NCBI GenBank assembly: GCA_965207225.1
Contig: CBDBLV010000004.1
Location: forward strand, 1 to 64,000
Origin: Dehalococcoidia bacterium
GTDB lineage: Bacteria > Chloroflexota > Dehalococcoidia > Plut-88900
DNA length: 64,000 nt
Reading direction: 5' to 3'
The notes beneath the pieces were generated by a model, which saw only the letters and a program-made list of their open reading frames with translations, did no database searches and was not told where the DNA came from. The position numbers and the translations under genes are program-made. Positions 27,546-37,090 of the stretch are shown here, in pieces (the stretch's first letter is position 1; each line of letters starts with the position of its first letter).

Positions 27546-29174
27546 ATGACGAAGAAGCACCTACAGCCCCTGACGCCGGCGGCCCTGTACGCCAGGGTGT
27601 CCAGCGACCGACAGGACGTGGACCTGTCCGTGGCGGCCCAGCTGCGGGCGCTCAAGGAGTACGCGAAGGCCAACGGCTACTCCGTGGCCAGGGAGTACAT
27701 CGACGAGGCCGAGAGCGGCCGGGTAGCCGACCGGCCCCAGTTCCGGGAGATGATCGCAGAAGGCTCCAAGCCCCAGGCTCCTTTTGAGGTGATTTTGGTC
27801 TGGAAGTTTTCAAGGTTCACCCGCAAGCGGGAGCACGCCGTGGCCTTCAAGTCCCAGCTCAGGCGCAAGGGCATCCGGGTGGTGTCCATTACCGAACAGG
27901 CCGAGGACAACGCCACCGGCAGGCTGTTGGAGGGCATCATCGAGTCAGTGGACGAATACTACAGTGAGAATCTTGCACAGGAGGTCGTCAGGGGGATGCG
28001 GGAGGCCGCATCGAGAGGCTTCTTCCTGGGTTCCAAGGCCCCCTTCGGCTACCGGAAGATCAAGGTGCAGGACGGACCCAAGGAGCGTCCCTCGCTGGAG
28101 GTGGACCCGGCCACGGCCCCCGTGGTGAAGGAGATATTCGAGAAGTCGCTCCAGGGCCACGGCCTGAAGGAGCTGTGCAGGGAGCTGAACGAGCGGGGCG
28201 TCACCAACCGGGGCAAGCGCTGGTACAAGGGCGGTCTCCACTACGTGCTGCGAAACGAAGCCTATACGGGAACAGCCGTGTGGGGAGTCAAAGGCAAGAA
28301 CGAGAAGGCCCAGGACCCGGTGAAGGTCGAGGGAGCGTGGCCCGCCCTGGTGTCGAAGGAGCTGTACGACGAGGTGCAGCGGGCGATGAGCGAGCGGGCC
28401 CCGAAGGTGCAGAGGCCCGGCAGAGTGGGGAGCCAGTACCTGCTGAGCGGGCTGCTCAAGTGCGGTGTGTGCGGCAGGCCCTACTCGGCCCAGGGAGCCA
28501 AGAGCGGCCAGTTCGCCTACTACATCTGCGGGACGCTGTTCCGGGAGGGAGCGGGGACGTGCAGCGCCCGCTACCTGAACGCTTCCAGGGTGGAGGAGTT
28601 CGTGGTGGAGAAGATCAGGGAGCGCATCCTCACCGAGGAGACCATCGTGGAGCTGGTGCAGCTTGTGGCGGAGGAGATCGACGCGATGGCCGGTGAGCTT
28701 GCAGGGAGGCTGGAGTCTGTGGAGGCGGAGCTGTCCGACGTGCAGAGGCGTCTGGGGAAGCTCTACGAGGCCATCGAGATGAGCGACCTGACACTGGAGG
28801 TGCTGTCGCCCCGCATCATGTCCCTGCGGCACCGTGAGGAGCAGTTGGAGGCTGCCAGAGAGGACGCCGAGACCCAGCTTGAGCGGCGGAGAGTCGCTCT
28901 GCCCGACACCGAGGAGATCGCGCGGTACGTGGCGGACTTCCGGGAGTTCCTGAAGGAGGGAACGATACCGGAGCGCAAGGCGCTCATTCGCAACTTCGTT
29001 GAGGGCATCGAGGTGGTGGGAGACGAGGCGACGTTGACGTACACGGTGCCCATGCCCAGGGACGGGGTGACCAGGGAGTCGGCCTCGGTTCTTGATTTCG
29101 TCCAGTCCAGCCCACCAGTGTATGTTCAAGGCCCGAGAGGGCTCGAACTCCTCCGGTTGTGTCAATGCGAATGA
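27546..29174 (+). CDS. Large serine recombinase (integrase)
   Basis: ALYARVSS catalytic Ser, SRFTR, PFGY, LSGLLKCGVCG...YYIC Zn ribbon, coiled coil. Confidence 0.95.
   Translation: MTKKHLQPLTPAALYARVSSDRQDVDLSVAAQLRALKEYAKANGYSVAREYIDEAESGRVADRPQFREMIAEGSKPQAPFEVILVWKFSRFTRKREHAVAFKSQLRRKGIRVVSITEQAEDNATGRLLEGIIESVDEYYSENLAQEVVRGMREAASRGFFLGSKAPFGYRKIKVQDGPKERPSLEVDPATAPVVKEIFEKSLQGHGLKELCRELNERGVTNRGKRWYKGGLHYVLRNEAYTGTAVWGVKGKNEKAQDPVKVEGAWPALVSKELYDEVQRAMSERAPKVQRPGRVGSQYLLSGLLKCGVCGRPYSAQGAKSGQFAYYICGTLFREGAGTCSARYLNASRVEEFVVEKIRERILTEETIVELVQLVAEEIDAMAGELAGRLESVEAELSDVQRRLGKLYEAIEMSDLTLEVLSPRIMSLRHREEQLEAAREDAETQLERRRVALPDTEEIARYVADFREFLKEGTIPERKALIRNFVEGIEVVGDEATLTYTVPMPRDGVTRESASVLDFVQSSPPVYVQGPRGLELLRLCQCE
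29088..29137 (+). other. attR of the integrative element (inside the 3' end of the integrase gene)
   Basis: Arm GTTCTTGATTTCGTCCAGTC (29088-29107) plus core GCCCACCAG (29110-29118). Confidence 0.85.
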
Positions 29175-29252
29175 GGCGCGTCTATGGCATTGGACTCATT
29201 AATTGTGCCCTACCATTAAGACCGAACGAGGCTGACTCGCGCCCAGATCCAC

Positions 29253-31022
29253 TTAAAACAACCCTTCGACGTTATCCCGCAGGTTCTGCCACCATCCCCG
29301 GTCCGACCCGCGGTCCGGCACGAAATGGACCCAGTATGTCCCATCCTCCTCCACCTTGAGCCGTCCTCCCAATGCCAGTCGCTTGCCCAGGGAGATTTCT
29401 TCGAAGGGACCTATCGGTACGCGAACTATAACCTGTTGCACGTATTCCCCTCGGTCAATCTCCAGCACCAACATGTCGATTTCCCTGGACACCAGCGTGC
29501 CTCTGACCGCCACGCACCCTTCGCGGAACAAGTCTCCGGCCACCGCGATTTGCGCGGGTGTGGGAATTGGGAGAGAGTTCAAGGGACACGGTTTTTCGCG
29601 AGGCGAGACCACGTCGAGGCTGAACAGGATAATCAAAACAAGGATCCCTACAACCCCCACGCATATCAACCATTTGAAGCACCTGCAGAGGCATCCACTA
29701 CCCTTAGCCTCCTCCTCAACCGCCTCCTCCATCCTGTATGTCTGATACCCTGCAGACTCCACCACTGCCGGGGCTGCCAGAAAGCTGCTCTGCACCTCCA
29801 GTTCACTTGCGACCTTTTCACTCTCGTCGGCGGTCACGCGGTGCCCGACTTGCTCCGGTCGGTCGATATCTGACGATTCCAGGTCGAGCTGCTCGAGCAG
29901 ACGGAGTTCCTCTTCATAGCCCCACTGCGCCGCCGCCTTTGCAGCATCCTCCGACCGCCCCGTCAGCCACCACTCCACCGCGTGCATGAAGGCGTGATAG
30001 GCCGCGTCCAGGTCGGCGCCCCGTAGAGAGGATTCACCACGGGACCTAAACCAGGGCGGAGCCGACGCGGCAACGTTTAGCCACGGCTGGGCCACATTAA
30101 ACGCGATCCCATAGGGCAACATGGGATCTGACTGGCTCCGAACACCGATCGAGGCGGATCCGGCTATGGACTCTTTCCAGCCAAGCCATCGGCTTATCTC
30201 CAGTGCACCAGCCGGAGTTGGCTTCAGCATGCCTGTCATCGGCATAGTCATCTGCACTGTAACAAACGAGTACATGAGACCCACAAACACGCCGATCAGG
30301 GCGTTCGCCCACCACTGGTCCAGCCATAGAGCCGCCCAGAACCCGAGGCCAACACCTGTCAAGATGGAAGCGACCATCCACCATAGACCTCCGTCATCGG
30401 AGTTATTCCTCCTGACCCGCACCGGGTTGTCCTGGAAAAGGCCGCGGTGCTGGAGGTAGTCCCCAATCTGGTCACCGATGGCATCGAAGCGCTTGCGTAT
30501 CGCTTCATCCAATGCATTAATTGTTGTTGGGCGCGACGGGAGGCTGTCGCAGATGGTCTGTTCCCAGACGTACTGCGTCAGGCCTTGTCGGGACAGCCGA
30601 TACAGGAAGCCGACCCTTGTTCCGACGGCCTCTATTCGCAAAGTGCCGCGCTGGCACATCTCGAAGATGGATGCCAGAATCGTTGGGCTCCAAATTGCGT
30701 GGCCTTCCAGGGCAGATACAGCCGCCGCGGGCATCGAGCTGGGCAGCCGGGTCCCGGAATACGATGAGCTCGGCTGCGGGGGTCGGTACTTGGGCCACAA
30801 CCACAGCAAAATTATGAGGAGCTGCGCTACGACTACGCCTATCGTGCGGAAGCCCCAGGCCGTCAACTGCCTCCAGTCCATCTCCCGGAGGTCGGGAAAG
30901 CCGCTTTCGGCGATGGCACCGCCCGGGTCCAGCGCAAACAGCAAGCCGATAGCGGCAAGGGCTGCCAACGCCGTTAATATACTCACAATGGCCCACATTT
31001 CCTGAACAGTGCTCCCCGTCAT
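29253..31022 (-). CDS. DUF2207-like membrane protein with C-terminal OB-like domain
   Basis: Several TM helices; PAAAVSAL..ILASIFEMCQRG and MLPYGIAF motifs. Confidence 0.6.
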   Translation of the reverse strand: MTGSTVQEMWAIVSILTALAALAAIGLLFALDPGGAIAESGFPDLREMDWRQLTAWGFRTIGVVVAQLLIILLWLWPKYRPPQPSSSYSGTRLPSSMPAAAVSALEGHAIWSPTILASIFEMCQRGTLRIEAVGTRVGFLYRLSRQGLTQYVWEQTICDSLPSRPTTINALDEAIRKRFDAIGDQIGDYLQHRGLFQDNPVRVRRNNSDDGGLWWMVASILTGVGLGFWAALWLDQWWANALIGVFVGLMYSFVTVQMTMPMTGMLKPTPAGALEISRWLGWKESIAGSASIGVRSQSDPMLPYGIAFNVAQPWLNVAASAPPWFRSRGESSLRGADLDAAYHAFMHAVEWWLTGRSEDAAKAAAQWGYEEELRLLEQLDLESSDIDRPEQVGHRVTADESEKVASELEVQSSFLAAPAVVESAGYQTYRMEEAVEEEAKGSGCLCRCFKWLICVGVVGILVLIILFSLDVVSPREKPCPLNSLPIPTPAQIAVAGDLFREGCVAVRGTLVSREIDMLVLEIDRGEYVQQVIVRVPIGPFEEISLGKRLALGGRLKVEEDGTYWVHFVPDRGSDRGWWQNLRDNVEGLF

Positions 31023-31098
31023 GAGGGGCCAGACTATGATGGAGTAGTTGCTGCCCTAGGTTGACTGACCCATATCCTATAATAAGACCTGCCGCCAG

Positions 31099-31143
31099 AA
31101 AGTTCGCAATTTAGTCTTACACGGCCCACCTATGTCTGATAAC
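31099..31143 (+). other. Second, apparently empty attB-like site
   Basis: AAAGTTCGCAATTTAGT-N7-GGCCCACC matches AAAGTTCGCAGTTTAGT-N7-GGCCCACC at 9932-9963. Confidence 0.65.
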
Positions 31144-31196
31144 CCATAGATGGATCACGAGGCTGAGCGCGTGCAGGACGGAATCGAGTAGGGATA

Positions 31197-31667
31197 ATGC
31201 CCGACAAAACCTCCAAGAAGAAGCTGATGGGATCCATGAAGAGGGTTACGTTAGCCGATGGCACAGAGGTTGTGCTGCTTTCCGGTGGCAATCCGCAGAT
31301 TGCAAAGTCCGACGGCGATGCCCCGGTGCAGGCCTATATAGCGGCGATGCCGGGCTGGAAGAGTGAGTTGGGGCGACGTCTGGACAATCTGATAGTGCGT
31401 GCGGTTCCGGGCGTTAAGAAGGCCGTACGGTGGAATTCGCCGTGGTATGGGGTGGAGGGGAAGGGATGGTTTGCGAGTTATCACGTGTTCGCGAAGTACG
31501 TGAAAGTGACCTTTTTGAACGGGGCGATGTTGAGTCCCGAGCCTCCGGGCTCGGGGAAGGACCCTGACTCTCGCTGGATGGATATCTACGAAGAGGGGTT
31601 TGATGAAGGACAGATGGTGCAGTGGATTCGGCAAGCAGCTTCACTGCCGGGGTGGCAGGGGTTTTGA
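31197..31667 (+). CDS. DUF1801 family protein
   Basis: LLSGGNPQIAK.DGDAPVQAYIAAMPGWK...AVRWNSPWYG. Confidence 0.8.
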   Translation: MPDKTSKKKLMGSMKRVTLADGTEVVLLSGGNPQIAKSDGDAPVQAYIAAMPGWKSELGRRLDNLIVRAVPGVKKAVRWNSPWYGVEGKGWFASYHVFAKYVKVTFLNGAMLSPEPPGSGKDPDSRWMDIYEEGFDEGQMVQWIRQAASLPGWQGF

Positions 31668-31948
31668 CATAGCGAGAAGTACGGGTCTGAGCTTGCACGC
31701 AAATTGCAGAGTCGACAGGTAGTGGGCCGCAGGGAAGATTTACGAAGGCCTCAGGCGGCAGGGACAGGTCGGAGCTTTTGCAGGCGTTGAACGTAGCCCC
31801 GAGCCGGCGGCATTATCTCAAAGCACTTCGAACAACCCATCCTGAAGAGAATTTGCGAAATCCTCCTGGGTTTACGAAAGGTTTACAATACTCTTCTTAC
31901 GGGTCGGTCTACAGACCCTGAGGGCCGACTCCAACGAAGGTCCCTGAT

Positions 31949-33595
31949 TTGGAAATTCAAAGCGCCGTCTTATCAGTTGGGCTGCTTATAGTAGCTGCGA
32001 AGCTGCTGGAAGGCATCTTCAGGCGCTTCAAGCTGAATGCCATCTTTGCCTATGCGATAGCCGGGCTTGTCCTCGGGCCAGTCGGCGGGTTGGTTGAAGA
32101 CAGTTCGGAGTTGGACCTAATCCTGGGCCTGGGAATCTTCATCTTTTTCTTCCTTATCGGGCTGGAGGAGTTGGACATCAGAGGCTTCGTGGCGGCCATC
32201 CGGGGACGCTTGTTCCTGGCTTCAGTTTTATCGGTGGCCATATCGCTTCTAATTTCCCTGGCGGTAACGACAGACTTCCTGTTTGACCTGCACTTAGACC
32301 TGGATTTCACGCAGGCCCTGGGCCTTGCCGGTGTATTGTCGTTGTCAAGCCTGGGACTCGTGGCAAAGGTGCTGATTGACGAAGGGAGGCTGAAGGAGCG
32401 CGTGGGCGTGCAGATCTTCACAGCAGTAATCATCGCCGAGCTGATCGCGCTATTTGTCGTGGGTTTCACTATCAGCGAACACTTCGGATCTGAAGAAAAC
32501 GGCCGGGGCCTAAGCTGGGTCAGTGTATCGGTCCTTGTAGGGCAGATTCTCGGGTTTGCCATTGTCACATGGCTAGTTTCGACACTGATGTTGCCAAGAG
32601 TGATAGTGCTGCTACACCGGTTCCTAAGGGTGCCTCAGCTTTCATTTGGGCTTCTGCTCGGCGGACTTTTCCTGGTTGTGGTTGCTGCCGAGGCGGCCGG
32701 GCTCCACGGGTCTATCGGGGCTTTACTGTTTGGAGCGGCGCTGTCGACGCTGCCCTACCAGGTGAGGCGCGACATCATGCCCGGGATGCGGGGCACGGCC
32801 GAGGGGTTGTTCGTTCCGCTGTTTTTCGCCTCTGCAGGTCTACATCTGAATCTCGAGTTCCTCGATCTTCCCTGGGAGACCGTGCTCGCTTTGGCTCTCG
32901 TGCCTCTTGGAGGCAAATTCGTAGCGGCGTTTGTCAGCGCGTACATCACCCGCCTGAATGCACCCTTTGCCACCGCGATGGGGCTGATGGCCAAGGGCGT
33001 GGCAGAGATTGCCCTTCTGTTAGTGTTGCTGAAGTCGGGAGCTATAGGCGATGGTGTCTTCTCCCTGCTAGTGCTGGTGATGTTTGGATATATCCTTCTA
33101 ACTCCGATGGGGATCAGCTTTTCCCTTCGGAGAACCCGACTCTCTGAGGAAATAGTGCCATCAGGGCAAACGCCTCCATCGTTGGACCGGTTTGCCCTGG
33201 AGGGCATCAGAGTAAAGGATATCCTGGACCGGTCTCGCAGATACCCTGAACCCACACTTACTGTCAAAGCGTTTATCGAGAGCTGGATGCTGCCGCAGCA
33301 GCATGACTACGTAGTTGCGGACAAGGAAAGGTGCGCGGGCATAGTCTCATTAAGTATGCTGCGCTATCTCCCACGGGGAGAGTGGGACCGGACTGAGCTT
33401 AGTCAAGTGTTGCGCCGCAACACTCCGACCGCAAATCCGGATGAATTTCTGGAAGACGCACTACAGCGTATGACTGAGAATTCGCTGACCGTGCTCCCTG
33501 TGATCGAGACGAAGACGGGTAACTTCATGGGTACGATTTCAAGCCACGAAGTGTTGGAATTGGTGGTGCTCACGGCCACGGGCCACGAAAATTGA
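31949..33595 (+). CDS. Cation:proton antiporter (CPA2) with C-terminal CBS pair
   Basis: About 12 TM helices, LFVPLFFAS.GL, C-terminal CBS-like repeats. Confidence 0.85.
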   Translation: MEIQSAVLSVGLLIVAAKLLEGIFRRFKLNAIFAYAIAGLVLGPVGGLVEDSSELDLILGLGIFIFFFLIGLEELDIRGFVAAIRGRLFLASVLSVAISLLISLAVTTDFLFDLHLDLDFTQALGLAGVLSLSSLGLVAKVLIDEGRLKERVGVQIFTAVIIAELIALFVVGFTISEHFGSEENGRGLSWVSVSVLVGQILGFAIVTWLVSTLMLPRVIVLLHRFLRVPQLSFGLLLGGLFLVVVAAEAAGLHGSIGALLFGAALSTLPYQVRRDIMPGMRGTAEGLFVPLFFASAGLHLNLEFLDLPWETVLALALVPLGGKFVAAFVSAYITRLNAPFATAMGLMAKGVAEIALLLVLLKSGAIGDGVFSLLVLVMFGYILLTPMGISFSLRRTRLSEEIVPSGQTPPSLDRFALEGIRVKDILDRSRRYPEPTLTVKAFIESWMLPQQHDYVVADKERCAGIVSLSMLRYLPRGEWDRTELSQVLRRNTPTANPDEFLEDALQRMTENSLTVLPVIETKTGNFMGTISSHEVLELVVLTATGHEN

Positions 33596-33620
33596 TTCCG
33601 AAGCGCAACCGCCCGCACTC

Positions 33621-34016
33621 TTAGATTATTCTTGAGACTCTTGCCAGGTGGCCCATGCGGCCAAACATCAACGTTGACACTTTGTCTCCAAAAAAGATGA
33701 CTTGATACGGCAGTGCTGTTTGCTGATTCGCTCCGAGCTTTGTTTTCCAGGCCTCCAGCAGCACCATTGCGCCGAGATTCACATTGAGCATTGAGAATTG
33801 GGAATTCTGGTGTATAGTGGGCCAAGCAATGTCCTTGCTCCCGTCCATCTGAGGTGGCAATAGGGATGAGACTTGCCCCAGCGATACCCCGAGGATACCT
33901 TCCTCGGTGAGTGCATCAATAGCACTTAGTGCAAATTCGGTGGTCGCAGGGACAAGAAAGGAGCGATGCCCCAAAAGGCAATTTAATCGCTTCAGGGTAA
34001 AGGACATGACAACCAC
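33621..34016 (-). CDS. Hypothetical protein
   Basis: 131-aa ORF filling an intergenic gap; no recognisable motif. Confidence 0.3.
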   Translation of the reverse strand: MVVMSFTLKRLNCLLGHRSFLVPATTEFALSAIDALTEEGILGVSLGQVSSLLPPQMDGSKDIAWPTIHQNSQFSMLNVNLGAMVLLEAWKTKLGANQQTALPYQVIFFGDKVSTLMFGRMGHLARVSRII

Positions 34017-34031
34017 GCTTACAGGACTACC

Positions 34032-35687
34032 TTGCTGAATAGCATATCGCCACGTGTTTCGGAATACGGTATAAGTGGCGTACGCGGCGATGTTCTTGGC
34101 GGCGTCACTGCGGCAATAGTAAGTCTGCCGGTAGCATTAGCCTTCGGACTGGCGGCGGGGCTTGGCCCCGCCGCCGGCATTTATGGCGCGATTTCGGTGG
34201 GATTCTTTGCCGCCGTGTTTGGGGGCACCAAATCTCTAATTTCAGGCCCGACGGGTTCGATGACGGTGGCAATGGCTGTCATTGTCGAGACGAGTGCGGA
34301 CAATATCGCAGAGGCCTTCACCATTGTCGTCATGGCGGGGATGTTCCAGATCCTGTTCGGGCTGCTCAGGATCGGCCGGTTCGTCACGTACACGCCCTAT
34401 TCCGTGATTTCGGGATTCATGACGGGTGTCGGGGTGATCATCATCCTGGTGCAAACGTTGCCATTCATGGGGGCAGAGGTAGCAACGGGCGGCCCGATAG
34501 GCACTCTGCGGAATATCACTTCGATATTTGACGAATTCGAGAGCAATGCACTCGGGATAGCTGCAATTACCCTGGTCGTGGCCATACTGTGGCCAAACAA
34601 GTTCGACAAATATCTTCCCTCTACGCTTGTCGCCCTGGGAGTCGGGACGTTGGTTAGCGTGGTATGGCTCACCCAGGCCCCCACGATCGGGACCATCCCA
34701 ACGGACCTGCCGTCCTTCGCAATGCCGGACTTTGCACCCGACACCCTGGTACGCTCCATAGAGCCGGCGATAGTCATTGCGCTGGTTGGATCGGCGGACA
34801 CGCTGCTTACGGCGCTGGTTGCGGACTCGATGACCCGTTCCCGGCACGATCCCAGCAGAGAGTTGCTGTCCCAGGGTATTGGCAACGTATTCACCGCCTT
34901 CATACGTGGGCTACCCGGGTCGGGGGCCACGCCGAGCACGGTAGCAAACGTCCGGGCAGGGGGCCGAACCTTTGTATCTGGAGTGGTGTCGGTGGGGATC
35001 CTGGTGGTGCTGGTCCTGATGCTGGGAGAGTACGTGGCGTCGATTCCTAACGCAGTGCTGGCGGGGATCCTCGTGAAGGTGGCGCTTGACACCATAGACT
35101 GGCGGTTCGTGACCCGCATACACCGGGTCCAAAAGGAACACATGGTAGTCATGCTCCTCACCCTTGGACTTACGGTCTTCCTAGACCTGGTTGCGGCGGT
35201 TGCGGTGGGTATGATTGCGGCTGCGGTGACCAGCGCAAGGCAGTTCGAGAGACTGGAAATGGACAGCGTAGTGTCCGTGCCGATTCTCGACCAGGTGTTT
35301 TTCGGGACTCTGGATGAAGAGGACGACTTAGACGAATACACTGCGAGGGTTGGGCTGGTTGCGCTTAGGGGCACATTTACTGTGGCATCCTCCAGCAAGC
35401 TCATCGATACGATAGGCGAAGACATCAGGGAGCACGAAGTGGTCATCTTAGACTTCACCGACACCGTCTATATCGACGACAGTGCGGCCCTGGTGGTTGA
35501 ACAGCTGATTGAGACGTCCTTTAACTACGACACGCAGTGCATCATCATGGGGCTCCAGGGGACACCAGCACAGAACTTGCAGGGCCTGAACGTCTTGAAG
35601 CAGGTACCGCCAGACCAAATAGTGGAAGATAGGGACCAGGCGAGAGCGGTTGCTGCGAGGCTGCTGGCACAGAAGGCTACTACCTAA
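34032..35687 (+). CDS. SulP/SLC26 anion (bicarbonate/sulfate) transporter with STAS domain
   Basis: GDVLGGVTAAIVSLPVALAFG, ISGPTG, ELLSQGIGN; STAS VILDFTDTVYIDDSA. Confidence 0.9.
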   Translation: MLNSISPRVSEYGISGVRGDVLGGVTAAIVSLPVALAFGLAAGLGPAAGIYGAISVGFFAAVFGGTKSLISGPTGSMTVAMAVIVETSADNIAEAFTIVVMAGMFQILFGLLRIGRFVTYTPYSVISGFMTGVGVIIILVQTLPFMGAEVATGGPIGTLRNITSIFDEFESNALGIAAITLVVAILWPNKFDKYLPSTLVALGVGTLVSVVWLTQAPTIGTIPTDLPSFAMPDFAPDTLVRSIEPAIVIALVGSADTLLTALVADSMTRSRHDPSRELLSQGIGNVFTAFIRGLPGSGATPSTVANVRAGGRTFVSGVVSVGILVVLVLMLGEYVASIPNAVLAGILVKVALDTIDWRFVTRIHRVQKEHMVVMLLTLGLTVFLDLVAAVAVGMIAAAVTSARQFERLEMDSVVSVPILDQVFFGTLDEEDDLDEYTARVGLVALRGTFTVASSSKLIDTIGEDIREHEVVILDFTDTVYIDDSAALVVEQLIETSFNYDTQCIIMGLQGTPAQNLQGLNVLKQVPPDQIVEDRDQARAVAARLLAQKATT

Positions 35688-35744
35688 CACAGTATCGGCG
35701 CAGCTCCCCTGAGCTTTAAGACTGCGGTTGTAGCCGGCTCAGTT

Positions 35745-36278
35745 CTAGCCCTTGATCCTGAGGGGCAGGCCCGCCGTCATGAAGTAGACAACGTCGGCTT
35801 CCGCGGCGATGAGGCGGTTGACACGACCCAGTTCATCGGTAAAGACCCTGCCTAGTTCCGTAGTCGCAACGAGACCCAACCCCACCTCATTGGAGACGAC
35901 TATCCAGGAAGCATGTCCTCTCCCGTAAGCCTCCAGTAAATCTTCCACATCAGATGGAATGTCGCGACGGTTGGATCGGATGTCGGGCGTACTGTGGAGG
36001 AGGTTGCTGACCCAGAGGGTGAGGCAGTCCAGGACCACCGTATCGTACTCTCCCAGGGCGGGGGCAAGGGCTGCAGTGAGTTCCAGGGGCTCTTCCAGGG
36101 TGTCCCAATGGTCGGGGCGGCTTTCTCGGTGAGCCTGGATGCGGGCTTCCATCTCCGGGTCAAGGGGTTCTGCGGTGGCCAGGAAAAGGACGCGATCGGC
36201 AGGTGCTGCGAGTTCCTGGGCGAATGAACTCTTGCCAGAGCGAATACCACCAAGGATGAGGGTCAACTGCTTGGTCAT
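35745..36278 (-). CDS. cobU: Adenosylcobinamide kinase/phosphate guanylyltransferase
   Basis: GGIRSGKS, RIQAHRESR, DCLTLW, VSNEVGLG, AGLP. Confidence 0.95.
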   Translation of the reverse strand: MTKQLTLILGGIRSGKSSFAQELAAPADRVLFLATAEPLDPEMEARIQAHRESRPDHWDTLEEPLELTAALAPALGEYDTVVLDCLTLWVSNLLHSTPDIRSNRRDIPSDVEDLLEAYGRGHASWIVVSNEVGLGLVATTELGRVFTDELGRVNRLIAAEADVVYFMTAGLPLRIKG

Positions 36279-36323
36279 ATAAAGCTCCTCATTTGCTCCC
36301 TGTCTGGATCCGTAAACTCTGAT

Positions 36324-37085
36324 TCACCAAAGATGTGGTTGGAACAGCCAAGAAAACTGTTCATAGAGGACCAGGCCAGTCAATAGAACCGAGACCTCAG
36401 TCAATTCGTTAACTGCGCCGTAGGTGTCCCCAGTCATTCCGCCCAGGAGTCGGGAAGTGAAGCGTCCTATTGCGAGGGCCACGACCAGGGCCACAGCGGC
36501 CAGAACAAGGCCTCCGAGCCCGAGAATCAGCACTCCGACAGCCGCTGCGATACCCAGCCCTAGCGCGTCCATCCACCATCTTGTCTGCACCTTAAATGAA
36601 GTACCGAGTCCCTGGTCTCGGGCATATTTGAAAACGATTATGGTGAGAAGCATTCCGGCACGAGAGAGAGCTGGAAACAAGACAAAGAGTTCGGTTCGCA
36701 TTTCGGTGTCGACGGATGCGAGGAGGGCCCATTTGAAGATAAGAAGCGTAGCACCGCCGATAACCGCAAAGGCGCCAACGTGGGGGTCGCGGAGTATTTC
36801 CAAGCGCCTTTCGCGGGAGTAGGCGCCGAAAAGGGCATCGCAGGAATCCAGGAAACCCTCGGTGTGAAGGGCTCGGGTGAGTACGAGCAGAGCGATGACG
36901 AGAAGGGCCCCGACCACGAATGGCGGCAGGACCATGCTTACGGCTAAGTCCAGACCTGCGAGTATTCCTCCCAGCCCAAGCCCTACCAAGGGGAAATATG
37001 CTCTTGTGCGACCCATGGGCCGGAGGTCACGGAAGCCTACGGGGAAGATGGTCAGGAAGGAGACTGCCAGTCGGAGGCTTGTCAC
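36324..37085 (-). CDS. cobS: Cobalamin synthase
   Basis: FLTIFP, LHTEGFLDSCDA, RDPHVGAF, GGMTGDTYGA. Confidence 0.95.
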   Translation of the reverse strand: MTSLRLAVSFLTIFPVGFRDLRPMGRTRAYFPLVGLGLGGILAGLDLAVSMVLPPFVVGALLVIALLVLTRALHTEGFLDSCDALFGAYSRERRLEILRDPHVGAFAVIGGATLLIFKWALLASVDTEMRTELFVLFPALSRAGMLLTIIVFKYARDQGLGTSFKVQTRWWMDALGLGIAAAVGVLILGLGGLVLAAVALVVALAIGRFTSRLLGGMTGDTYGAVNELTEVSVLLTGLVLYEQFSWLFQPHLW

Positions 37086-37090
37086 GTGGG

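Larger units (their letters stand above)
9957..29118. mobile_element. Integrative element of about 19.15 kb, integrated by a large serine recombinase
   Basis: Bounded by attL and attR; recombinase at the right end; replication-relaxation, HTH and helicase genes inside; no conjugation or phage structural genes seen. Confidence 0.85.

Noticed and set aside
29130-29152. tRNA-like T-arm on the minus strand (AGGAGTTCGAGCCCTCTCGGGCC) beside attR
   Set aside because: The stem is imperfect, and there is no CCA, D arm or anticodon arm; the att site is explained without a tRNA
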